From NCBI GenBank assembly GCA_964632485.1, contig CAZWDO010000001.1, forward strand, positions 62,001-126,000: a stretch of DNA of 64,000 bases, read 5' to 3'. The notes beneath the pieces were generated by a model, which saw only the letters and a list, made by a program, of their open reading frames with translations, ran no database searches and had not been told where the DNA came from. The position numbers and the translations under genes are program-made. Of this stretch, positions 10,154-18,446 are shown piece by piece (positions within the stretch are counted from its first letter, which is position 1; each line of letters begins with the position of its first letter). Source of the DNA: an uncultured bacterium. GTDB taxonomy: Bacteria; JAGOEH01.

Positions 10154-10660
10154 ATGTATAAAGAAGAAATGAAGGATCAACCTTTGCGTCGATTCCAACG
10201 AGTGAATGAGATTATCGAAGAATACGGTAAACAGCGTTCGGCCTTAGTGCCGATTCTGCAGGCCGTTCAAGCTGAATTCCGCTATTTGCCGGAAGAAATG
10301 CTGTCCTTTATCGCCACAGCTCTGAGTCTTTCCCCGGCCACGGTCTATGGCGTGGCGACCTTTTACGCTCAATTTTCCACCGAACCCAAGGGGAAGCACA
10401 TCATCCAGGTATGCGATGGCACGGCATGCCATGTCCGGGGTTCAATGGATGTGATAAAAGTTGTCCAGGAAAAATTGAACCTTACCCATGAAAAACGAAC
10501 GACTGACGATCTGGCTTTTACGCTGGAAACCGTTGCCTGCATCGGCGCCTGCGCATTAGCGCCCGCCATGATGATCAACGGTAAAATCTACGGTCAATTA
10601 ACCGTTGAATCAGTTAAAGAAATTATCGATGACCTGTTGCAAGAGGAAAGGAGCAATTAA
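10154..10660 (+). CDS. hydC: bifurcating [FeFe]-hydrogenase [2Fe-2S] subunit (NuoE-like)
   Basis: GVATFYAQF, VCDGTACHVRG, VACIGACALAP; ATG at 10154 after GGAGG. Confidence 0.9.
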   Translation: MYKEEMKDQPLRRFQRVNEIIEEYGKQRSALVPILQAVQAEFRYLPEEMLSFIATALSLSPATVYGVATFYAQFSTEPKGKHIIQVCDGTACHVRGSMDVIKVVQEKLNLTHEKRTTDDLAFTLETVACIGACALAPAMMINGKIYGQLTVESVKEIIDDLLQEERSN

Positions 10661-10661
10661 G

Positions 10662-12539
10662 ATGCTGACGGATCGAGCAGATTTAAACCAGTTAAAACAG
10701 CAACTTTCCAGCGCATTACGTAAAGAAAAATACCGTATTAATATATGCGCCGGACTGGGTTGCGTAGCTAAAGGCTCTATCGGCGTCTTCAATCGTTTCA
10801 TCGAGGAGTTGAAAAAACAAGGGTTGGATGGCAGTATCCAGGTTTTTCTCCATGATGAAAAAGAGGGCGTTAATACAATTAAAACCGGATGTATCGGATT
10901 ATGTGAAGCAGGACCGGTTATTTTAATCACTCCCGGGGAAATTCTCTACATCAAAGTTACAGAAGAGGATGTGTCCGCCATAATCAATCAGACGATCATA
11001 AATGGTCAACTGGTTGAGCATCTGTTACCGCAGACAAATCAGGGCAAAGCCTGCCGTTCCATCAAGGAAGTCCCCTTTTATGCCAAACAGGAAAAAATCG
11101 TTCTGCGCAATTGCGGCCAGATTGATCCGACCGATATCCGCGACTATATTGCTCATGACGGCTATCAGGCATTAGCTAAGGCTTTATTCGACCAAACTCC
11201 GGAAGAGGTAGTGGATACGATGATCCGCTCCAATTTGCGAGGTCGGGGAGGCGGAGGTTTTCCGACTGGCCGCAAGTGGAAATTCGCCCAGATCGAAAAG
11301 GATCCAGTCAAATATATTGTAATCAATGCCGATGAAGGGGATCCAGGCGCGTTTATGGACCGCTCAGTACTGGAAGGCGATCCGCATAGCGTGATCGAAG
11401 GGGCGGCGATCGCCGCCTATGCGATTGGCGCTCAGGAAGCCTATGTTTATGTTCGCGCTGAATATCCGCTGGCGGTCGAACGTTTGAACATTGCCATAAA
11501 AGAGGCCAAGGAATATGGGCTGTTGGGCGACTCGATACTGGGCAGCCAATTTTCATTGCACTTAAAGATAAAAGAGGGAGCCGGAGCATTTGTTTGCGGT
11601 GAAGAAACGGCCTTAATTTCCTCGATAGAGGGAGATCGCGGCATGCCGAAACCCAAGCCCCCTTTTCCAGCGCAAAAAGGTCTTTGGGGCCATCCTACCA
11701 TTATTAATAATGTAGAAACCATGTCCTGTATCGCGCCAATTATCCTCAAAGGCGCTGAATGGTTTACCTCATTCGGCACACCCACTTCCCCCGGTACAAA
11801 AACCTTTGCTTTATCGGGGAAATTACGCAATACCGGACTAGCGGAAGTGCCTTTCGGCATCACATTGCGCGAACTGGTATTCGATATCGGTGGCGGAATT
11901 CAGGATAATAATCAGTTTAAAGCCGCCCAGATTGGCGGACCTTCCGGCGGGTGTTTAACCGTTGAACATCTGGATATGCCCTTAGACTACGATTCACTGC
12001 AAAAAGCGGGCGCAATTGTGGGCTCAGGCGGACTGGTCATTCTGGACGACAAAACCTGTATGGTGGAAACCGCGCGCTTTTTTATGAATTTCACTCAATC
12101 TGAATCCTGCGGCAAATGCGTTCCCTGTCGGGAAGGCACTAACCGTATGCTGGAAATCATGGAGCGAATCGTCATCGGTGAAGGCGTGGAAGAACCCCTG
12201 GGACTGTTGGCGGAAATCGCAGCCGTCGTCAAAGATGGCAGTTTGTGCGGCTTGGGAAAAACCGCGCCCAATCCGGTATTATCCACTATCAATTATTTCA
12301 GAAATGAATACTTGTCTCATATCCGTGATCGTGTCTGCCTGGCTAAACAATGCAAAGACCTTGAACATTATTACGTCAATCCTGAACTTTGCCGCGGATG
12401 TATGAAATGCGCAAAGGAATGCCCCAGCCGGGCCATTTTGGGCGTGCTGAAGGAACCCTTCGTCATACTCCAGGAACGCTGCACGAAGTGCGGTAACTGT
12501 ATCACCATTTGCCCTTTCAACGCGATCTATTTAGCTTAA
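10662..12539 (+). CDS. hydB: bifurcating [FeFe]-hydrogenase flavoprotein subunit (NuoF-like)
   Basis: LRGRGGGGFPTG, NADEGDPGAFMDR, GAGAFVCGEETAL, ESCGKCVPCREG, N-terminal [2Fe-2S] and C-terminal 2x[4Fe-4S] motifs. Confidence 0.93.
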   Translation: MLTDRADLNQLKQQLSSALRKEKYRINICAGLGCVAKGSIGVFNRFIEELKKQGLDGSIQVFLHDEKEGVNTIKTGCIGLCEAGPVILITPGEILYIKVTEEDVSAIINQTIINGQLVEHLLPQTNQGKACRSIKEVPFYAKQEKIVLRNCGQIDPTDIRDYIAHDGYQALAKALFDQTPEEVVDTMIRSNLRGRGGGGFPTGRKWKFAQIEKDPVKYIVINADEGDPGAFMDRSVLEGDPHSVIEGAAIAAYAIGAQEAYVYVRAEYPLAVERLNIAIKEAKEYGLLGDSILGSQFSLHLKIKEGAGAFVCGEETALISSIEGDRGMPKPKPPFPAQKGLWGHPTIINNVETMSCIAPIILKGAEWFTSFGTPTSPGTKTFALSGKLRNTGLAEVPFGITLRELVFDIGGGIQDNNQFKAAQIGGPSGGCLTVEHLDMPLDYDSLQKAGAIVGSGGLVILDDKTCMVETARFFMNFTQSESCGKCVPCREGTNRMLEIMERIVIGEGVEEPLGLLAEIAAVVKDGSLCGLGKTAPNPVLSTINYFRNEYLSHIRDRVCLAKQCKDLEHYYVNPELCRGCMKCAKECPSRAILGVLKEPFVILQERCTKCGNCITICPFNAIYLA

Positions 12540-12555
12540 GCGGAGGACACGGAAC

Positions 12556-14568
12556 ATGCAAAACATTATAAAAATCAACAATAAAAGCGTGCCGATCACC
12601 GGACAGGAAAAAAATCTATTGGAGATCATCCGCGGAATCGGCATTGAAATACCCACCTTTTGTTATCATTCGGAACTCAGCATTTACGGCGCTTGCCGAA
12701 TGTGTTTGGTGGAAGACGAAAAAGGAAATTTAATGGCGGCCTGTTCTACCAGGCCGATGGCCGGAATGTCGCTAAAAACCCATTCCGCGCGGATTTTACG
12801 CATTCGCCGAATGATTATCGAACTATTACTCGCCAACCATCACCAGGATTGCACAATTTGTGAAAAAAGCGGACATTGCAAACTTCAGGATTTAGCCAAT
12901 TCACTTGGAGTCAACAAAGTACGCTTTACGCCCCGCAAGCCGTTGGAAGACCTGGACCGATCCTCACTCTCGATTGTCCGCAATGCCAACAAATGCATAC
13001 TCTGTGGCGATTGTGTGCGTATGTGCGCCGAAGCCCAGGGGATCGGAGTGCTCGGATTCGTCAATCGTGGCCCCAAAATTACTGTGGCCCCGGCGTTTGA
13101 ACGCCCCATTGCCGAGGTTGAATGCATTAACTGCGGCCAGTGCGTAGCGGTTTGTCCCACCGGCGCTTTGATCGTTCGCGATGATACGGAAATGGTATGG
13201 GAAGCCCTGAATGATCCATCCAAAACAGTGATCGCCCAGATTGCGCCGGCCGTACGCGTCGCTATCGGCGAGGAGTTCGATCTCCCCGAAGGTGAAAACA
13301 ATCTTTTTCGCATCGTGTCCGCTCTGAAACTTATGGGTTTTGATAAAGTGTTCGACACCTGTTTCACCGCTGATTTAACCGTTGTTGAAGAAACCTATGA
13401 ATTCATCAATCGCGTCGGAAAAGGAGAAAAACTTCCACAATTTACTTCATGCTGTCCGGGATGGGTAACATACGCTGAACGGAGTTGTCCTGATCTGCTC
13501 GAGAAACTCTCCACTTGCCGCTCTCCCCAGCAGATGTTCGGCTCGTTAGCCAAAAAACATTATGCCAAACAGATCGGCGTTGATCCTAAAGATTTAGTTG
13601 TAATTTCGATTATGCCCTGTACCGCAAAAAAATTTGAAGCCCGTCGCGACGAATTTAACACTGACGGAATAATTGATGTCGACCACGTGATAACCACCAC
13701 CGAGCTGGCGCGCATGGTCCGGGAAATGGGTATCCGTTTTGAAGAACTGGAACCGGAATCGTTGGACATGCCATTCGGTTTTTTCAGCGGCGCCGGAGTT
13801 ATTTTTGCCAGTAGCGGAGGTGTTGCGGAAGCCGCTTTGCGTTTGGCCGCTGAAAAAATCACCGGAAAATCTCTCGATGCGGTTGAATTTTATGATGTCC
13901 GCGGAATGAACGGGATAAAAGAAGCGACTCTCAACCTTGACGGACTCGAAGTAAAGGTCGCGGTTGTTTCCGGATTGGCCAATGCTCAAAAAATTATTGA
14001 AAAGGTACGCAACAAAGAAGTGAATTATCACTTGATCGAAATTATGGCCTGTCCCGGCGGGTGCGTCGGCGGAGGCGGACAACCAGTGCCCAATGACATG
14101 GAACATCGCGCCAAACGGTCTAAAGGCATCTATCAGATTGATGCGACTATGCCCCTGAAAAAATCCCAGGATAACCCGATCATTACCCAACTCTACAATG
14201 AATGGCTCAAGGAACCCAATAGCCATGAGGCCCATCTGGCGCTGCATACTCATTATGGCCATCGTAAACGCATCAGTGGACTGGAAATTTCCGACGGGGA
14301 TACAGGATCATCGCAACGACTGGTCGTTTCCGTCTGTGTCGGTACGAACTGTTACCTCAAAGGCTCCTACGACGTCCTGCAACAATTGATCCATCTCAGT
14401 CAGAAACATCACCTTGAAGAGAAAGTCGAATTCAAGGGAACATTCTGTGTGGAAAACTGCGCCCATGGCCCATCAGTCCGGATTGGCATGGAAAACCAAA
14501 AGTATGGTGTCGATCGCGCCGAAGTCGCCGAATTCTTCGAGCAATACATAATGCCTAAGTTAACCTGA
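12556..14568 (+). CDS. hydA: [FeFe]-hydrogenase catalytic subunit, group A3, with C-terminal thioredoxin-like [2Fe-2S] domain
   Basis: Canonical H-cluster motifs FTSCCPGW, MPCTAKKFE, EIMACPGGCVGGGG; NuoG-like N-terminal FeS clusters; tail VCVGTNCYLKG...FCVENC. Confidence 0.95.
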   Translation: MQNIIKINNKSVPITGQEKNLLEIIRGIGIEIPTFCYHSELSIYGACRMCLVEDEKGNLMAACSTRPMAGMSLKTHSARILRIRRMIIELLLANHHQDCTICEKSGHCKLQDLANSLGVNKVRFTPRKPLEDLDRSSLSIVRNANKCILCGDCVRMCAEAQGIGVLGFVNRGPKITVAPAFERPIAEVECINCGQCVAVCPTGALIVRDDTEMVWEALNDPSKTVIAQIAPAVRVAIGEEFDLPEGENNLFRIVSALKLMGFDKVFDTCFTADLTVVEETYEFINRVGKGEKLPQFTSCCPGWVTYAERSCPDLLEKLSTCRSPQQMFGSLAKKHYAKQIGVDPKDLVVISIMPCTAKKFEARRDEFNTDGIIDVDHVITTTELARMVREMGIRFEELEPESLDMPFGFFSGAGVIFASSGGVAEAALRLAAEKITGKSLDAVEFYDVRGMNGIKEATLNLDGLEVKVAVVSGLANAQKIIEKVRNKEVNYHLIEIMACPGGCVGGGGQPVPNDMEHRAKRSKGIYQIDATMPLKKSQDNPIITQLYNEWLKEPNSHEAHLALHTHYGHRKRISGLEISDGDTGSSQRLVVSVCVGTNCYLKGSYDVLQQLIHLSQKHHLEEKVEFKGTFCVENCAHGPSVRIGMENQKYGVDRAEVAEFFEQYIMPKLT

Positions 14569-14588
14569 TTATTACTATTTTCAGATAG

Positions 14589-14630
14589 CAGCGGCCTGAA
14601 CTTTCAGGCCGCTGTCATACTGCTTTTTTT
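14589..14630 (+). terminator. intrinsic terminator after hydA
   Basis: CAGCGGCCTGAA-CT-TTCAGGCCGCTG inverted repeat, followed a few nt later by T7. Confidence 0.65.
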
Positions 14631-14760
14631 GGTAGTTTGAACAAAAATCTGCTGATCTATTCCTGAGTATTCTCCGCTCCCTGATGAACGAGACAAAGCC
14701 CAGGGAAATCAGATCATATTTTTATCCATGGGTAAATGTTTAACAATTAGGAGAAATTGA

Positions 14761-16251
14761 ATGAAAAAGGCTCTGTTCATTATTGCCGGAATCTCTTTTT
14801 TTTGTCAATGCGCCCGCAAGGAACCCCCCATTGCCTATAAAGAAGAACTTTTTTGGAATCAAGCCAGTTATGCGACCCGTATGCTTAATCATATCCTGGC
14901 GGATAGCAGTCAGATTATCTGGAGCACCGGCAATCACACCTCGGAGATGGTGCCTCTCGGCGCGGTCGGACCTCGCCAATGGCTGAACCGGTTACAAGGA
15001 ATTTGCGCAAATACAGATATCGGTAACGTCATGAAAGATGCAATAGCGGAAGGACATACGGTCATATTGGTGATCGGAGACGGAATGGGGATGACCCACA
15101 TGAGTTTGCCAATTCTGTTGAATAAAGCTGAACACATTTCACAACCCACATCTTTTGAGACAATCATGCGCGAAGGAATCAGCGCGATGTGTACGAATCA
15201 ACTGACCGATTATGTTGTAACAGGATCGGCAGAAGCTGCGACGGCCATCGCCAGCGGTAGCCGGGCGCTGACCTCGATGATTGGAATTAATGACGACGGC
15301 TATCCGGTACGTACGGTTCTGGACAGCGCTGAGAGTTTGGGATATCCCACCGGATTATTAACCGATACCCGCATTACCCATGCCACACCGGCGGGGTTTT
15401 ATGCCAACATTCTGGATCGCGGCGATGAAGATACGATAGCTTGGGACTTAGCCGTCCAAAACCGGATTGAAGTGCTGATGGGTGGCGGCGCCCGATTTTT
15501 TATCCCTGAAAGCGCCAAAGTTGGCGATCATCCAGCGTTTACCACACTCGACAAGCAACTGGACTGCCAATCAGGCCGCAAAGACAAAACAGATTTGATC
15601 CAGGAGATGCAGAACCAGGGATATCGCGTTATTGCCAGTCAGAATCAGATGGATACGCTCACGGCCAATGGACAGCCGCTTTTGGGTTTGTTTGCCGGGG
15701 ATGCAATGTCCGCAGCCATTGACCGGGATGATGAACCGACCAGCCAACCCGGACTGAACCGCATGACCGAAGTCGCTCTGCAACAGCTTCAAGCCCCGCA
15801 AAAACCGTTTTTTCTGATGGTGGAATGCGGTCGTATCGATTGGGAAGCCCATGCCAATGATGCCGGCGCCGTGTTGGTAGCGGTCAAGGAGATGGATACC
15901 GTCCTTCAAACCTGTTATCATTATTATCAAAAAGACCCTGAACATACCCTGCTTATTTTTACGGCCGATCATGAAACGGGAGGCATGGGGATCAGTTATT
16001 ACGTTGACAGAAAACATCCCCTGACGCGGGACCTGGCATCGGGAGTTTCCTGGGAAACATCGGTCCATCCGCTTGCATTCACCGGGTTTAAAAAATTGGC
16101 CCAGCAAAAAATGTCGCTGTTCAAATTGCTACAATCCGCCCAGTCAGCGCAGGACTTGGCGCGCCTGATCGAAACTAACACTGCATTTACAATTTCCCCC
16201 TCCGATGCGGAACGCGTAATGGAACTGGTCATTAAAAGCGAGATATATTAA
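14761..16251 (+). CDS. alkaline phosphatase (lipoprotein), circularly permuted
   Basis: VILVIGDGMG, TGSAEAATA (catalytic Ser), ITHATPAGF, VECGRIDWEAH, TADHETGG; the normally C-terminal WSTGNHT segment lies N-terminal. Confidence 0.9.
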   Translation: MKKALFIIAGISFFCQCARKEPPIAYKEELFWNQASYATRMLNHILADSSQIIWSTGNHTSEMVPLGAVGPRQWLNRLQGICANTDIGNVMKDAIAEGHTVILVIGDGMGMTHMSLPILLNKAEHISQPTSFETIMREGISAMCTNQLTDYVVTGSAEAATAIASGSRALTSMIGINDDGYPVRTVLDSAESLGYPTGLLTDTRITHATPAGFYANILDRGDEDTIAWDLAVQNRIEVLMGGGARFFIPESAKVGDHPAFTTLDKQLDCQSGRKDKTDLIQEMQNQGYRVIASQNQMDTLTANGQPLLGLFAGDAMSAAIDRDDEPTSQPGLNRMTEVALQQLQAPQKPFFLMVECGRIDWEAHANDAGAVLVAVKEMDTVLQTCYHYYQKDPEHTLLIFTADHETGGMGISYYVDRKHPLTRDLASGVSWETSVHPLAFTGFKKLAQQKMSLFKLLQSAQSAQDLARLIETNTAFTISPSDAERVMELVIKSEIY

Positions 16252-16679
16252 TGGGCTATTTTGAAAGTTCGCTCACCGTTCGCTACGTGGAAACGGATCA
16301 AATGGGAATTGCGCACCACTCGAATTATTTTGCCTGGTTTGAAGTCGGACGCACCGACTTTATCGCCAGCGCTGGCATCCGTTACAGCCAGGTCGAAGAA
16401 ATGGGAGTACTGATGCCCCTGGTGCATTGCGATTGCCGATTCCTAAAAGGCGCCAAATATGAAGACTCTCTCCTGATACGCACTTCCATCAACGAACTTA
16501 AATACAGCTCCATCGCATTCTTATATGAACTCTTTTTTCAACCGGAACAGGTTAAACTTGCCGAGGGCCATACCCGTCATGCTTTTACTAATAAAAATCT
16601 GCAACCCATCAGTCTAAAAAAGAATCACCCGCTATTATGGGAAAAATTCCAAGCGCTCAACCACTCCACCGGGTCTTAG
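16251..16679 (+). CDS. acyl-CoA thioesterase, YbgC/FadM (4HBT) family
   Basis: VRYVETDQMGIAHHSNYFAWFEVGR. Confidence 0.9.
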   Translation: MGYFESSLTVRYVETDQMGIAHHSNYFAWFEVGRTDFIASAGIRYSQVEEMGVLMPLVHCDCRFLKGAKYEDSLLIRTSINELKYSSIAFLYELFFQPEQVKLAEGHTRHAFTNKNLQPISLKKNHPLLWEKFQALNHSTGS

Positions 16680-17809
16680 TCTATTCGCATTCGGCAGTTA
16701 CTCCACACCACCAGGACAAATACAGACAAATTGCCCGGCAGTTCCCCGTTTCCATTCGATTGCTACTCCCCGAGTTCGGGCGGGAAGAGGGAATACTTCA
16801 TTATTCAAAAACCGAAAAAATTGCCGAAAACTTTCAGATTATCCAAATTCCAAGCGTATTGACACAAAAAATTTACTGGACAATTCCATTAAAAATAGCA
16901 GAACATTTAGCTGATTTTCAACCGGATCTGGTCTATATCGATGAAGAGCCGCAAACGCTAAGCGCCTGGGTTATCCAAAAACTGACAAGGAAATGGCGCG
17001 CATCCACTCCCATTATATTCTACAGTTGGGAAAACCTGCAACTTCCCTGGACCCACCGGTTTCCCCGAGGCTTAATCTATGAAGTCCGGAGACGGCTCAA
17101 TCTAGCGCATGCCACAGCAGTTATTTGCGGCAACCAGGCGGCGTCGCAGATCATCCGAACCTATTCCCAGTTACCGGCTCCCGTTATCCCCCAATATGGG
17201 GTAACCGATGATTGGTTCGATATTCCCCTGCAATTCAATACTGGAAAACCCATTCGTCTGGGTTTTGTGGGTCGGCTCCTGCCGGAAAAAGGGATTGCCA
17301 CACTGCTGCAAAGCCTGTGCGGCCTTACGTTCCCTTACTTTCTGGATATAGTCGGGACCGGGCCTTACGAACAACCAATTCGCGACCAAATCCGAACACT
17401 GGGAGTTTCAGCCGCCATGCGAGGACATATCCCTCATGCGCAGTTGCCTGAAATCATGCAAGAATGGGATTGTCTGATTATCCCCTCACAACCGGTGTCT
17501 AACTGGCAGGAACAGTTCGGCCGGGTGATTACTGAAGCCCTGGCTTTAGGGAAAATGGTCATCGGCAGCGATTCCGGCGCCATTCCGGAAATCGTGGGGG
17601 ATTCCGGACTCATCTTCCCCTGGCATGATGTCCGAGCCCTGCAAAACTGTTTAAACCACTACTACCAGCATCGCGCAAGCTATCAGCAAAGCGCATCGGA
17701 AAGACGCGCCGATACCAAAAAAAAATTTTCAGGAACGGCAATCGCCCAGGCAACCGGCCATATCTGGCTTCAAGCCGTCAATCGTAGCGGGTTGTTTTCT
17801 TCTGGCTGA
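16637..17809 (+). CDS. glycosyltransferase family 4
   Basis: GFVGRLLPEKG, WQEQFGRVITEALA, GSDSGAIPEIVG. Confidence 0.88.
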   Translation: MGKIPSAQPLHRVLVYSHSAVTPHHQDKYRQIARQFPVSIRLLLPEFGREEGILHYSKTEKIAENFQIIQIPSVLTQKIYWTIPLKIAEHLADFQPDLVYIDEEPQTLSAWVIQKLTRKWRASTPIIFYSWENLQLPWTHRFPRGLIYEVRRRLNLAHATAVICGNQAASQIIRTYSQLPAPVIPQYGVTDDWFDIPLQFNTGKPIRLGFVGRLLPEKGIATLLQSLCGLTFPYFLDIVGTGPYEQPIRDQIRTLGVSAAMRGHIPHAQLPEIMQEWDCLIIPSQPVSNWQEQFGRVITEALALGKMVIGSDSGAIPEIVGDSGLIFPWHDVRALQNCLNHYYQHRASYQQSASERRADTKKKFSGTAIAQATGHIWLQAVNRSGLFSSG

Positions 17810-17942
17810 TTGTGTCTAAGTGACTCTCAATTTTTTTCATAATCCGCGTCAAATCTCTCAATTTCTGCACCATCTCAATCTCCCGTTCCTCCTTAGTCAT
17901 CTCCTTGGGATCCTTATCAACATTAATTCCCCATGGGCTCAT
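17778..17942 (-). CDS. small 54-aa charged helical protein (below the ORF-track cutoff)
   Basis: AAGGAG-6 nt-ATG; MSPWGINVDKDPKEMTKEEREIEMVQKLRDLTRIMKKIESHLDTISQKKTTRYD; upstream TTGACA-17-CATTAT at 18112-18140 (minus strand). Confidence 0.6.
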   Translation of the reverse strand: MSPWGINVDKDPKEMTKEEREIEMVQKLRDLTRIMKKIESHLDTISQKKTTRYD

Positions 17943-18446
17943 TGCATACTCCTTGCTAAAATTAATGATTTCTTGAATTATAAACGTCTGGCTTAACCCA
18001 ACCTTTAAACCCCACTCCGATCGAATGCCGAATGCCCCTCAAATTGGACGACCTTCACACTTTCAGTATTTGCATAATTTCCGGATACCACAAAAAAAAC
18101 CACCATTACCCATAATGCAAAAAAAAAATCAAAGTGTCAAGTTTTTTTTAAATTTAAAAATTTATCCAGTTTCCACGCACTCTATTTTATCATTCGTAAT
18201 GATATCAGCCATTTTCAAGAATTTTCGAGAGATTGATAAAAGATGAATTCACCAAAAAGCTTCAGTTTTAAGGTATTTTTCAAACAAATATTTCTCATTT
18301 TATAAAAAAAAATCCAATTTTAAATTTTTCACTTGAATTTAACTTTTTTTATATTATATTAGAAAAATTGAAAGGAGTCCCTATAGCCGCCAAAAATTCT
18401 GCGTTATTTGAGTAAAGTTGAAACTGAACCTGGAAATTAACATTCT

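Noticed and set aside
10154-12539. Respiratory complex I nuoE/nuoF
   Set aside because: They are adjacent to an H-cluster subunit and no membrane nuo genes are present, so hydC/hydB fits better.
14681-14710. CTGATGA...GAAA resembling a hammerhead ribozyme core
   Set aside because: Stem II cannot close (A opposite G), and no stem III with an NUH cleavage site could be built.
17960-18100. GCAAA-hairpin-GAAA in the leader of the small ORF, reminiscent of a c-di-GMP-I riboswitch
   Set aside because: The following GACGCAAA element and second stem are not recognisable; an Rfam scan would be needed to revive it.
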